Shown piece by piece: positions 12,698 to 26,719 of a stretch of DNA of 64,000 nucleotides (positions within the stretch are counted from its first letter, which is position 1; each line of letters opens with the position of its first letter). The notes under the pieces are model-generated. The model did not search any database. It saw only the letters and a list, made by a program, of their open reading frames with translations, and was not told where the DNA came from. The position numbers and the translations under genes are program-made. The stretch lies in the NCBI RefSeq assembly GCF_001194135.2, contig NC_068982.1:20178901-20242900 (forward strand), given 5' to 3'. The DNA is from Octopus bimaculoides (lineage: Eukaryota).

Positions 12698-14229
12698 TTT
12701 CAAAAACGTATATATATTATTACTTTTATTAACAGTCGTTCATGAAAATGAATCCATAATGTCTTCATACCGTAATTATTTTTCTGTACAAAATAGTATA
12801 AGTTGCAATCCTCACTTAACGTTTTTTTCTTCTTGTATTTAAGAGATTTCCATCTCCTCGAGGGATTGTTTTCACTACGACTAGTGAGTACCATCTATAC
12901 TTGAATTACTGGATGACCGTTAACTTTCATGAGCTCCTCCACCCTTTCACAGGTCTTGTTTTTTGTTCATCTGGCTGACGTAAAAAAATGTCACCTTCTT
13001 CACTACGCTTGCCGGTTTAATCGCCGACGAAACGATCGTATAACAGATTGTACTGTGTTACATGCTACCAGCAGCGCATGGACGTCTTCATCTGTGTATG
13101 CATGTGTGGGCGCGTCGGTGGTTGCCTGTGTGTGCGTTTGCGTGTGCGTGTGTGCACTTACGCCTGTTTATTTTGATATCATTTTTCCACGTGGAAAACA
13201 ATGGAAGAATGTATAAATGCTTGTGTAAAATTAATGTATATTTTACTTCCATATATCTATTTCTTCAGTACAGGAAGTGATTTTCCAAAAAGGACAGATA
13301 CACATTCAATTTACAACTAAAAGTAATATCTGTTTATGTCATGCTTTCCGTCATTTAATTTCAATATATTTAATCGTACGGGTTTAGTGAAAAAATATTT
13401 CAACGCATATTTCTAGAAGGATGTATGTTGGAAGGGGTTAGAAAGTGTGTATTTATGTACATACGCATACATAAACATGCAGTCATATACACCAACTCAT
13501 ATACAATATATCTATATATGAGCGTGTATATGTGTATTCGCTTGTTTGTAATTAAAAATGTAACTGAGAAAAGCACTATCTGAAAGCGATATTAAGATGA
13601 AGTAAATATACCAGGATTAAACGTATAAAAAATAGACATAGGCACTGAATGTAAGGTATTTGTCCACAATCGCCGATGCGAACATACATGTTTAGAGGAC
13701 ACAACTAAAATACAAAAAGTAAATGTGAGAGAAAGTTAGGAAAGAATAGCATTGAAGAATTCGACTAGTATCCAAAACTGAGCAGAGTATGCTAAAGATA
13801 AGGTAATAGGCATAAATATGCAACCCATACTATTTATAAATTACAGTTTCAATATAATAAACAAGTTGCCAAGTGAACTAGAAAATATATATAGAGAGAA
13901 AGAAAACAGGAAATAAATGACAGCTTACTGAAGTCACAACACCGAAGCAGTTACATACAGAAGGTTCTCACCACGCACACTAGGAAGACGTAACCAAACA
14001 CAAATAGAAAAAAACTTTTATAAAATCAACAGCAAACGGAATACAAAAATACTTAAGAACAAAGAGCAGAGGTATGATAAATGTAACATAAAAAACAAAC
14101 ATACAAATAAAACCATCGAAATATCTCTTTACACAAGAAAGCGATAAAGAACAAAAGATAAATAAACTAACTTAAACAATAAATTTAACAACAACGCAAC
14201 AGTTATGCTTAGATGTACAAAAACAACAT

Positions 14230-15110
14230 GGGAACAAATTTACATAACAAAAACAAAATGGAGGAGAAAACGTTTCCATGGCCAATAATCATGTAAGATG
14301 TGACAGAGAAAGAGTGAGCCAAAGGTACAGCTAAATATGACTCAAAAAGTTCAGATCAAAATGAGAAGCAGAAGGCCCCATGTTCTTTGCACACGTCGCT
14401 TGCCATATCGAATACATTTATATGACAAAATTAATAGAAGAGTACCATAAGATGAATTGCAACATGAGCGAACAAAGCACTTATACGGGTGCAACCACAT
14501 CTCTAACTAGATTTAGGCAGGTACTGGCTGTTAGCTACTTGCCAATTCTGAATATAAACACAGTCAAGATTCAGTGAACAGCGATGTCCATCTGGCAATA
14601 TACCAGCATTTCGATGTGAAAATATGCAAAAATTGGTGTTAAATTATATCAAACACAGTATAGGACAACGACCCGGCTACGATGATATCGAATATGCCCA
14701 ATAAACTGAAAAAGAAACCGGTACAAGCCGTAGGCATAATAATCAAGGATTAGAAAAATATGGCCACTGATAGACTATACAATCCACTTTTGACGTAAAC
14801 ATTGTCCTAAATGCTATTGTAGATAGGTAATAACACAACGATCTTGAATTCGAAACATTTGAAATGTGGTGAATGTAAAGGTATGCGGTACCAATAACAA
14901 TTTCAGCATTTAAATTATGATATATATAAAAAAAAGAATCATTAAGAAAATATACAATACTACCGGGACATAAAACAGTACAAAATCTTTAGAAAGTGGC
15001 TCTATTAGGTAAAACCCATATCCAACGTATGATATTTTCGTTTCAATAGCACAGGCCAATAAGAACAATCTTCACACACAAACGCAATCAGCATCCAATA
15101 AAATAAATAT
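14230..15110 (+). mobile_element. Decayed R4/Dong-like RLE retrotransposon (endonuclease region and C-terminus)
   Basis: Broken frames read HLAIYQHFDVKICKNW, DNDPATMISNMP, AVPITISA and KVALLGKTHIQRMIFSFQ* (~15050). Confidence 0.65.
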
Positions 15111-15149
15111 GAATACCCAATAATATAACTCAATTGATATCACACACAC

Positions 15150-15420
15150 TACTCACTAGGGAGCAAACACTAATACACCAGAAACATTAACGAACTAAAC
15201 ACCGTACAAAGATAATCCAGTGCATTAAGCTATGAAGAATCGTCTAAATCTTTTGATCACCTACGAAAAGATGAAATATTTTGACCAGATCCCTCGGAAA
15301 CCAACAATCTATGAGACTCAAAAAATTGTGTTGATATCACCCGTCCATATTCTCAGGAAATTTCTCTCCACCTAATAATATATACTTGCCTTTAGTCTCT
15401 GGTTAAGACCCGGTCGGAAG
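15150..15420 (+). mobile_element. Second RLE 3' end fragment
   Basis: QIPRKPTIYETQKIVLISPVHILRKFLST* ending at ~15375; homologous to nt 1-120. Confidence 0.7.
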
Positions 15421-15476
15421 ATGAAATGAAATGCAAATCAATCATAAAATAGTAATAATAAGTAAAATGATAATAA

Positions 15477-15565
15477 CATGATGATGATGATCATCATCAT
15501 CGTAGTGGTGGTGGTGGCGGTGGTGGTGGTGGTGGTGGTGTTGATGGTGGTGTTGATGGTGATGA
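15477..15565. repeat. (GAT)/(CAT)/(GGT) compound trinucleotide repeat
   Basis: Direct reading. Confidence 0.9.
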
Positions 15566-16149
15566 TTGAAACAAATATATTAGCATTAAAAAAAAATGAG
15601 CCTAGTTCACCTAGAGAAGAAGAAATTATTCAGAGTATTTATAACAAGTGCGATAAAGAAATATACATAATTTAATCAAACATAGACATACAAATACTTG
15701 GGAGTCAATGAACGAGACAGTCTACAACACACGGAGGAAATAAGAGAAAAGTTTATGAAGGAATATTATAGACGCATACGATTAATATTTAAAATATAAT
15801 AAAACACACACTCACAAAAACAATAAGTGACAATACTCCTGTCCTCTCATTAATAGTTTATACTTATATTGTTTAATTGGATACTGAAATAACTTAGGCT
15901 AAGTAGGAAAACAAGACAGCTAATAATTCTGTTTTCGTTACACTTCCCAAAAGCAGAGACAGAAAGATTATATTTATCTAAGCACAGGGATAAAAGTGCC
16001 TTAAAAAGTAGGAAAACATATGAAGCCGTAGGACTAATAATAACACCGAGATAATTATGTAACATTTGTAGAGATATTTACAAAACACGAATGAAGCAAT
16101 AAAGTGTTTGCTGTCTTACTTGAGGCTATCAAATATATAACGGTGAATG

Positions 16150-17100
16150 AAATGAAAAATGGTTAACAACTTGAAGAACCAAGAAGAGAAAATTTCCAAA
16201 AAGAATAACCTCTACATACTAATAATTGGAATTGTTGAATAGTAAAAAGAAGAAAATTACAATGCTGTTTGAAAAGTGCGGGGTTGATGCTAAAATTGAA
16301 GGTCTCCTGAGTTCGATACAGTGACACTTCACTCTTTACCAGAAACATTAAAAGTGTACAATAAGGCAGGATACAGTGGGAGAGCGACGAATCTATGTCG
16401 ACGGAGAAGACTCAGATAATCACATTATTTCTGGTTGATCAGTCTCGGCCAGGTGAAAATATAACGACAAGTAGAGTAGAGTTGGGTCTTATATATATCC
16501 CAAGATATACCAGTATTAAAAATCGCCTCTGGAATAGAAATTGTAAAGGCAATGGTCTGAAAATATCTCAAAGAAGGACTGTACTACGGGATATACGAAT
16601 AAACACAGCTAAAGCTAACTGATTTCACAAAAAATTGCTGCAAACATAATTCCATTCCTAATGTCGCATGAACCCTAAGAGCTGACAGTATGTCTTTCTA
16701 AGAAATTGATATATTATTCAAATATAAAGATCTGAAAATATACATTACTTTAGTACGGAGACAGGAAAGTATAACAAGCACTATTTGGCTAGCGGAGTGC
16801 ATCATCCTGTTTGAACTACCACCATCTAGCTGCCAAGATCATCTAGCAGAGTCCATTAGATTCATGTAATTAGTTTGGGGATACCTTCCTTCCCCTCAAA
16901 AGTTACAAGAACATATAAAGACGGATCACCTTACATAAATAAGAAATTCCAATGACGCGAGCATGACCGAGAATCACATAAACATATAATCAAATTACCA
17001 TGACTTACACATATTCACAATGTACGTAAATAACTGAGGTAACCACTGCAGAGAATAAGAACAGTTAGGTGCCCAAGATTAGAAACACTAAGCCAAACCT
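16150..17100 (+). mobile_element. Decayed Gypsy-like LTR retrotransposon integrase region
   Basis: Frame-broken motifs in the expected order: LPETLKVYN, SRPGENITTSRV (HPG..KT.SRA-like), PFLMSHEP, KHYLA, FGIP, DGSPYINKKFQ (SDNGPQF-like). No LTRs recognised. Confidence 0.5.
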
Positions 17101-18239
17101 AAATAATTTGCATACCTAAGGCACACAGAGCTGTGCTCGGTAATGCAGGAAATACACACGATAAATTAAGCGTGTAAATGATAATGGATCCTGTTTTAGG
17201 AAAAAGGGCAATAAATTTGAATGAGGGTGAGACAATACCATTGACCGCAATAATTGAATGGTAATTTGTTTTACTGACAGAGAAACGTTGACTGTTTTGT
17301 AGTTGTTTGTTGTGTGTATAAAACTTAATGTCCAAAGATGGAGAGAAGCAATAATAACGTTACTGTCAGGCACATTATTAACATTAAAAATTGATAAGTT
17401 TATACATGTTTTGTTACATGGTTTTTCTAGGCTCTGTATTTCACAAAACTTAAACTGCAAGAAAATACAATTGTCTTTTTTCATAAATATTCAGAGAGGC
17501 TGGATTGAAATGTTTTGTACTCTTGTCTTTTATGTTTTATACTTTTACCTATATTGATTTAAGATCACATAAAGAAGGAGTGATTTTTAGACAAATGTCC
17601 TTGTATTTCTATTTTGTCTACGTACTTGGAGACTGTAGAAAAGTATAACTTCGAGAAAGTAAATTCCATTGATTGTTATTGCAGGTAAGATTTCCAACAA
17701 AATATGCGATTTGGCAAAAAGCAAAACAAAACCAAAATCAAAAAACTGAGGACAATATCAATACTGTTATGCAGAAAGAAACATCGGAAGTACAAATATT
17801 TTTCGCTCTCTCGCGCTCTAGTTTTACTATTACCCGCAAATATTTCTTGTGGATGTGCAGGTTTGTCATCAATTTAACAAGAAACTCACATTAGTCGTTT
17901 TGCAGCGTCCCCTGCGAGACTCGAACTTTAAATACTAAAAAATATGTTAGTTGTATTTTTAAGTGACAGATTTTGTCATATTGAATTAATCTAAGTTATT
18001 GTGTTTATATATTAAATTATTTTAAGTTATTGTATATAGCTTAAACAATTTTTAATAAGTAAAAAAAAATAGTAAAATGACTGTTTCTCTACCAACAATT
18101 TTTATATTATTACTAAATATAATCATTTTGTTCTTGGTAACTTTTGTGAAGATCACTTTTTCGTACTTATGCATCAGTTTTGGTGGCAAATATATGTAAT
18201 CATTATTATTATAGTTATTGAAATTATATGGTGAATGGT

Positions 18240-18385
18240 TCCTGATAAAGGCACAAACTCAGCCAATACTATCGAGTCTCGTGCTTGAATCTATCGACAC
18301 CAGGGAGAAGAAAGGCGAAGTTTACCACGGTGGAGTTTCAAAGCATGGATGATTAATACTAATACGTATGCGTTTAGCGTCGTAC
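18240..18385 (-). mobile_element. SINE family A, highly degenerate
   Basis: GAAAGGCGAAGTTTACCACGGTGGAGTTTC resembles the reverse-complement core. Confidence 0.45.
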
Positions 18386-21120
18386 AATATACTTTGTATT
18401 GAGATCCGATCGAGGTGGTATTGAGTGTGAGCAATTGAGTCGAGCAATTAAGATTTTTATATAACACTACGAAAAATTATTTGAAGCGAGGTAAAGATAT
18501 CAATAGTTACTTCATATCTATAGAGTCGCTATTATTTATAAAGTAACATCGTATATGTTATGCTGAAATTGTAGGCTTCTGCACAGTTGATGCGGTTTCT
18601 ATTTCTGTATTCATTAAGCAACCAATTATGTTGTGAATACAATAATTTTAACGTGATTGTATATTCTATACAAAAAAACAAAAGAAGAAAATGTAAGCAT
18701 ATAAAATATCGAACTAACTTTGTGTGTTTCCTATATAAATTCGACGGATAATGAGGGGAAAATTTTGACCCGACCGGATTTATATAAATACTCAAACGGG
18801 ACGATATTAATTGTCAACGCTCTGCTGTTCTTTTCACTCCCACCGCTCTTCCGTGATAATGAAATTAAAGTATGTTTCTACTGAATTATTGATTATTCGC
18901 GTGCAGAAATGTTATAAATAGATATCTAGTTAAAGATCTAGATTTTCACCTTTCGAAAAATAAAACAAACACAACATTTATTATTCTTCCTTGTGCAACG
19001 AAGCAAAGATGAATCAACTTTTATATATTTTTTCATCCACCATCGATTGATTTCTGTCTGAAAAGTAATGTAGAGTTAAAACTTGTGTTTGTTGAAATAG
19101 TGACATAATAAGTGTTTCTTACATTGGCACAGAGCCTGAGAAATCTGTTTTGGGGCAAAATATATCTGAAGTATGATATTAATGTTTTTTATTTTTTTCG
19201 TCTCAAAGACAATTTGAGTTATGAATGAAATGAAATAACTATACTGCTAGAAATTGAAACCTGGCAGGGAATTATTTAGCGTCTGTCTCTTATTACTCCT
19301 ATTCTATTTAGCTTGTAATGAGAGAATAATTAGTTAGAATCCAGCTTTTGTTTCATTACTGTTTAGTTGATATATACTTTCGTATGTAAATGTGGATAGA
19401 GAAATCGAAACAGCTCCATGAACACGTTCCAAGCTACTTTTATTTCCATCTTTGCTCTTTAAACCACGTAACTAACTAGGGTATAGTATTATTCATTACA
19501 TTTAGGTAACCGATACTAGTGGTTCCCAACTGGTTATCCATGAATAAATTATTCTGCAGACTGCAGAAATTGTCAATATTAGTATTACATTCCGAATAAC
19601 AGAGAAGGACACATGCATACAATGTTTCTTCATGAACACGTGCGTTCTTTCTCCTTACGCTGATGATTGTAAATATAACAGTTGATGTAATTTCTAAGGT
19701 TTAAAATTAAACATTTCTAAGAATATTGCATCATTTAATTTAAATAAATCTTTATGCAAATATAATGAGAAGAAAATTGTTTTAAATGTCCATCGTAGAA
19801 ACTTTATTTCAGAATTAAATTTGACATATGAAAAAAATTAAATGAAGTAAACTTTGTATCCGCATTGTATATGACCCTGCTATAATCCTTGTAAGCCTGG
19901 TAGACTAGTAGAAGGAGGGGAAGAAGATATTCTTGTAGCAGAATCACTGCTTAGATACGTTCACCTGGGTGGATTCCGTAAAAAGACTTTGAAGTGCCCG
20001 GTAGTGATGGTGGTGAGAAACTTATCTACGGATTAGTTCTAAATCATAAAATAGGAATGTTTTCTCGAGAGAAATAGGCACAATTACCATTTATCAAATT
20101 TTACTAAAAGTGTTTTGGTCGACGCGAGGTATGACAGGTTCCACAAGGTCACCATACAATTTTGAACTTAACATTTTAATAACATCATATGACCATCATT
20201 AAAACAAGGATCTGAAGGAGACGACTAACGTATGCGATATGAATTGTCATTGGTGAGAAATCAAATCATCAGAAAATGGTAGTCTGCATAGTAACAATAT
20301 AGGTTTGTCTGCGTCAGGTTTCCTTCGAGTAAATAGTTGAATGATGCCTTCGATGAATGATGCCTTCGATGCCCCGTGCACGCTTTAGCGTCTGGAACTT
20401 CGCTCGGCTTTTGTCTCAGAAGATGCAAAAGCGGTCGACTCTATGGTTTTATGCTAACGTTTGAAAATAATGATGTTTATGCACATTTGCTAGGCGTAAA
20501 CACACAACGCTCTGGTTGCCTGATTTTTTCAACTTCCAGGGGCATAATCACACGAAATCGTTCCCGTTATAGAGCGCTTGCTAGTTCAAAGCGATCTCTT
20601 CTGAGTGTTATATAGAATCTTACAATAATTTGATATGTGCATGAACAACAATGAGGACTTGATTGAGTACTGACGTGCTCATGTTCACCGAAGACACGGG
20701 TGATAATGACATTGAGGAAGATGATGTAGAAGATTTTGATGGTGCAGTTTGATGGTTAAAAGAACTACTGCATCTTGGAGATATTAGATGACCAGCTAGA
20801 AAACAAATAAACTTAATGAACTGTGGAAGCGAAAATGATCATAGTAACTTCGTGTCGATATCACTGATATCGATCTTGGCGATGAGTGAGAGTGAACTAT
20901 ACTTACGCTCGGATATCAACTTTCAGAACAAAATTAGAAAGTGGGATGTAGTTGAGAGAAAAATGGACTCATCTATGAATGGCATTAAGACATTTGTCAT
21001 AGACTGTGTGGTTCAACCTTCTCTGAGCAGACAAACAAAATGAAGCAAACAAACAAAAACTGGTTTAGATGAGCAGGGGACATAACTCTTTGTGTAAAAC
21101 GCATACAAGATACAGAAAAC

Positions 21121-21525
21121 TACTCTTTTACTCTTTTACTTATTTTAGTCATTTGACAGCAGTCATGCTGGAGCACCGCCTTTAGTCGAGCAAATCGACC
21201 CCAGGACTGATTCTTTTGAAGCCTAGTACTTATTCTATCGGTCTCTTTTGCCGAACCGCTAAGTTACGAGGACGTAAACAAATCCCCATCGTTTGTCAAG
21301 CGATGTTGGCGGGACAAACACAAACACGCAAACATACATATATGTATATACATACATATATACGACGGGCTTCTTTCAGTTTCCGTCTACCAAATACACT
21401 CACAAGGCTTTGGTCGGCCCGAGGCTATAGTAGAAGACACTTGCCGAAGGTGCCACGCAGTGGGAATGAACCCGGAACCATGTGGCTGGTAAGCAAGCTA
21501 CTTACCACACAGCCACTCTTGCGCC
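21121..21525 (-). mobile_element. SINE family C, full length
   Basis: Head GGCGCAAGAGTGGCTGTGTGGTAAG, GGTTCCGGGTTCA box, internal TA/CA microsatellite, tail GGCGGTGCTCCAGCATG...(TAAAAGAG)n. Confidence 0.9.
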
Positions 21526-23209
21526 TAGTCTACAATTTTCTTAAGATATCTAGATGTAAGGACACATTAGAAGGAAAATAGAATGTTATGATGTACATGA
21601 CTATTTTAGACACAAAAATAGCATTATGGCCATGAAAGAAACGAAAAGTAGTGTTGAAGTGTCGTATAAGTCTCTCGATATCGAGATATCATAAATGTCA
21701 TCAAGAAATATGATTATTGAATTCATCCCCCATTATATACATTAACTACAACTAACTGATTATTTCTGTCTGTGAGTATGAAAAATATTCAAAGAAAAAC
21801 TGAAAAACTAGAAATTAAGTACGACAAGGTATTTAATATAGCGGTATATGTATTGATGGGGTTAAATTTGATTGATGACACCTTCATTATTCATTCTGAA
21901 AATAGATTGGCTTCCTGTGTCGACTTGATGTACGCACGATGCTTCAGTTTGTCTTCTAAAATATACAGTTCGTCTCAGAATTGTTACTTCCGAATTATTT
22001 CAGCTGGCGTGATTTGAGCTGAGTTATAGGAAATGACAAAACTAAACTAGGGAATAAAAGTAGGATATTTATCAGCAGTATTTCATTTTGACAAGATACG
22101 TTATTTAGCGTTGGATATAGCGCATATGTCGAGTGGGAAAGACCTCAACATCTGCACCATATCAAAATTATATTCGACCATATGCGTAGCGTTTCCTGAG
22201 CTGTGTGCTGATTTCGTTACAAAGATACTAGGCCTGAAGCTGTTAGATTTATCCCAGTATATTTAGTTAGGACTGCGTATAACAAAGCAGAATGTTTTAA
22301 CGCTAAAGTGAAGTGTTTGTGTTTTAATGACAGCCTCAACTATAATAAAATTGCTAACCATAAAGATAGCACTTCGATTCTATTAATATTACACCGGATG
22401 GATTTACAGAAAGATTAAATATCACATAACTCTTAAGCATTTATACTCCATCAAATAGGGATGTCCTCTATAACTTTGTTATCATCAGACGATTAGGTTT
22501 TAACGCATAAATGAACAAATTCTGCCCAATTTACTTTGAAATGATAAATGAAAAAGACATACGTCAAATTATAGTGCGATACAGAGAAATAGCTTCAAGG
22601 AGATTAACTTTCTTTTTGATGCACCAACCAAACATAATATAATCACTAGTTTAGAGCTATTGGAAAATTGCACAAGGTTTGGCTGCCTGAATCTCCTCAC
22701 GATTGCTCTATTCTATTCATCGCTTATCCATTTTATTATCAATCGGTGAAGCTGTATAGATACAACTGTGATGCGACATTCGGACTGTTAAGAGGCAATT
22801 TCTAAAGCTGCTTGCTAGCAACTTAACCAAACAACCACGCAAGTCTCTCTTATTTTGTATCCTTTATCTCTAAGTTTGGGGAAATTTTGCTTATTTTGTA
22901 CCGTATACATACAAAGTCCTATCGACACATATTCGTAACTGCACAATATGTCTATTAACAAATATACACAAATTTACACAATATTTTAACCAAGTTTTCA
23001 ACATTTAAAGTATAGCAATATTCGCCTCTATTTTCATATGAAACTCCACAAAACGAATATTATGTCTATAATTTACCTATTTTATTTGCTGTTGTTGCCT
23101 ATATTTCCTACTTTGGCACATACTATATACAAAACCAACTAAAATACCTTTCTCCATTTCAGTAAAGTTATGAACCAGACAAATACTCAGAAGCAGTCAA
23201 CAAGAAGCA

Positions 23210-23249
23210 GAACAACAACAACAACAATCGTAGCCGAAGCTGGAGTAAC

Positions 23250-23280
<31 letters not shown>

Positions 23281-23325
23281 CCACCACCACCACCACCACA
23301 ACAACAACAACAACAACAACAACAG
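23210..23325. repeat. (AAC)(AGC)(ACC)(AAC) compound trinucleotide repeat
   Basis: Direct reading. Confidence 0.9.
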
Positions 23326-24596
23326 GAGGAGAAAGCAGTTCCACCCGGCTAAACCTGCATCCAAAGATATGTTTCTGAGTCTTTGCTCGTCATCAGTCTG
23401 GATAGCATGACATAAGGACACAGGAAATGTGTCAAGGCCGACAGGAAGCGGTGCAGCTTCCTATGTCTAACCAACAATATTATTATTCCCTTCAGGGGAC
23501 TGTCACATTAAGTTGACAGCATACAACTAATCCTTGATCTGGTAAATTCTTTTTTATCCACGCGGAACCTGGCAAAATTCATTCAGAAAACTAAAGTACC
23601 CTGGCTCTCATACAGCACCAATCACTGTCATTACCTCAGTACAAAAATTACCCTCCTCGCTGCTATTAAGCCATAAGTCTGTTTCGTAACCCTTAAAAAC
23701 CTGTAATCAAACCAGTGTTCCAGTTTCAAGATTTCTCTGAATCAACGAGGCATCAGTTTGTCCTTCACTGCAAAATGATGGAATATTCAATTCAGTGAAT
23801 ATTATGTTGCACTCCTTTCTTTATCCTTTCTAAGACTTTCTTTGACAATTGCCATTTGGAAGCTGAAGTAAGATTGAGGTATACGAGCGGAGCACATTGG
23901 TAGAAGAAAGAGAGTTGTCCTTCTATTACATGACTTATATACTGCTGATGAAAATGTCTCATTCTCCAATATCTTTTGTAAGTCAGCGTCAATGCATAAA
24001 ACAAACTTATAACATGGCAATAATTGTGCTCTGAGGGTTGCTTCAAGCGCCACTACTGTGTTTCGAAGAATGTCTCTTGAATACGTCTTTCATCCCACGG
24101 TGTCAGTCAAATAAAATTTTGATAATGACGGACTTCAGTTTCTCATTTGTTGACTGGTCTACTCATATCTTGAAATCAAATGCGTGCGCATTTCAACAGA
24201 AGACAAATCAATAGTGAAATCACTATTAAAATTCATAGAATCTTTCCTGTCCCAACTCGCACACGTGCAAACGAAATTCAACAAAAATACATTAGACTTA
24301 GTGTTAAGTAAACAGACTAACACTATTCTCAATATTGCAGTGGCCAGAAAAAAAAAAGAACAGAAAAGCTCTTCTTTCCGATCACAATATAATTCTCTGC
24401 TGCCAAAAATGATACATGATCTCACTCCAGCATAGACTTTTGACCTTATTGATCTTCACTTTGCTAACTGGAATGCAATCGCCCTCGACCTTTTACTTGC
24501 TAGATGGTCTTTCACACACTCTCATACCCCAAGCAGTATCTATTCATAATCGCAGTTATTTATGGTGATTTTCATAAATATATGTTCACACCACAC

Positions 24597-24660
24597 TCCA
24601 CTATGGTCCACTATGGTCCACTATGGTCCACTATGGTCCACTATGGTCCACTATGGTCCA
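24597..24660. repeat. 10-bp tandem repeat TCCACTATGG, ~6.4 copies
   Basis: Perfect units, direct reading. Confidence 0.95.
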
Positions 24661-26501
24661 CGAACAAAACTAAATACAAGCAACCGGAAAACACTTAGAA
24701 TGATAAGAAAAAAAAAATCAAAAAAAAAATCAACCGGCTGAAATATTGCCAGCTGCAACAACTCGGCTCCACAGATATAGATTTGCATGAATCAAATATA
24801 TTTAATCTTCAAGATGTATAATGATTATCATTTACAGTCAAAGAACAGTAGAAGAACAGTGGGGCATTGAGAAAATGAAACTTTACCCGAAAGTGTTTGT
24901 TTTAAATATATTCTCCAAAAAGTATAAGACCACTGTTTTATCTGTCGGATCTTTGTCTGATGCAAGCGACATTCTGCATAGCAGTGCACACGACATAGTT
25001 GATATTCTGCAGAAACAATACTGCTCCGCTTTCAGCGATTTACATGGGCAACGTATGTGAAACAAATTCCCAGTACACTGTATCTGATATATAATTTGCC
25101 CTTCTCTGATATCATAGCAGCTAAAAACAAAATTATAAACAACTCAGCTGTGGATCTCGGTAAGTTCCCAACTAGAGTCCTGAAGGAGTGCCGACATCAA
25201 CTGGCATTCCTTTAGATATTTTATGAAGCAAATCACTGGACGTTGGCTATTTTCTCTATAAAATCACCCCATAGTCGATTGTCCCAGTTTTCAGACTGGG
25301 CAGCAACATTTTGGCGGTGAATTACTGACCGATTCCAATAATATCTCATATCATCAAATTATTTGTGAGAGTTGTGAGATCTCAAATAATTCATTTCTTA
25401 GAAAGAAACAGCTTATTTATTCGAAAAAGACATGATTTACGTAACTGAGGGACTACTTAACACAGCTTCAATGACATGGCTCTGAAAAAGGGCTCCATTG
25501 CAGATGTCATGTACCTTGACGTCAACAAGGCCTTTGACAAGGTTGGTCACACCTTCATGTGAAAGAAAATATTTATCGCTGGTGTCCAAGAGAATCTATT
25601 AAAGTTTGAGTGTTTTATGGTGAACAGAACCCAGCATGTGGTGATCGAAGGTGTTCTAGGAAGCTCTTCAAGAGTCATTAGTGGAGCCTCACAAGGCGCT
25701 GTATTGGGTCCACTCATTTTCATTATGTAATATCAGAATTTTTACGAATGACTCTAGGCTTGTCAAATCTTTAAATAGAGCTGCTCACTGTTATCCTATG
25801 GGTGGAAACCACAATATTCGATTAAACGAAGACAAATTAGAATCAATCCACTTCGGTAAAGAGGAGGAGTTAAGCTGCCATACATTCTATCGTCAGGTGA
25901 AAACCTTGTGACCTCAAACACGTCTAGAGACCTCGGAGAAACTGTCGACAACAATTTAGGCTAGAGTGTGCACCATAAACAGCAAAGTTAATATGGCCAG
26001 CTGGGCGTGTTCCAGAATTCTTAAGAATTCGCGGTTTAGAGACGTTTCTATCAATATTAGTCTCTTTTATACCGTCATTCGACCTTTCCTTGAATACTGT
26101 ACTACAATGCGATTTCCTCACAGAAAACAAATGTTATAAAAACTGAAGCACCCAAAAATCAACCATTCACACACAAAAACGACAATAGATGACATGATAA
26201 ATCTTGATTACTAGGTTCAGTTCAATAAGCTCACATTTATTCCCTCCAACGCTACCATGAGCGCTATATCATTTGTATGATGTGGAGAATTTCCTAACAG
26301 CACATCCAAAATGCTATTGGCATGAACTTTAAAACATTCTTAAGACATGAGCTCCATAAACTCCGCCCTCTTCAAAAATGAAGCTCACTTCGCATCACAA
26401 TACTATGACAATTATTTCACCTCAACACTCTGCAAAGAATAATTTACTATTTGAATAGGCAGTGAGGCCCAAAGAATGGCTGCAATATGGAAAATCATTA
26501 A

Positions 26502-26719
26502 GGCAGCGAGCTGGCAGAATCGTTAGCACGTCGAGCGAAATGCTTAGCGGTATTTCGTCTGTCTTTACGTTCTGAGTTCAAATTCCACCGAGGTCGACTT
26601 TGCCTTTGATTCTTTGGGGGTCGATAAATTAAGTACTAGTCGCGTACTGGGGTCGATCTAATCGACTGGCTTCCTCCCCAAAAATTTCGGGCCTTGTGCT
26701 CAGAGTAGAAAAAAAAAAC
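26502..26719 (+). mobile_element. SINE family A with 15-bp TSD
   Basis: TSD ATGGAAAATCATTAA at 26487-26501 and 26720-26734; A-rich tail. Confidence 0.95.

Noticed and set aside
12974-13046. GAAAC-GATC-GTA palindromic stem III look-alike
   Set aside because: No CTGANGA at a suitable distance and no stem I or stem II.
23365-23400. Minus-strand CTGATGA...GAAAC hammerhead-like match
   Set aside because: Only a 3-bp stem II, no stem I partner and no adjacent NUH; it lies inside the CR1 relic.
24597-24660. CRISPR-like array
   Set aside because: Contiguous 10-bp units without spacers, in a eukaryotic context.
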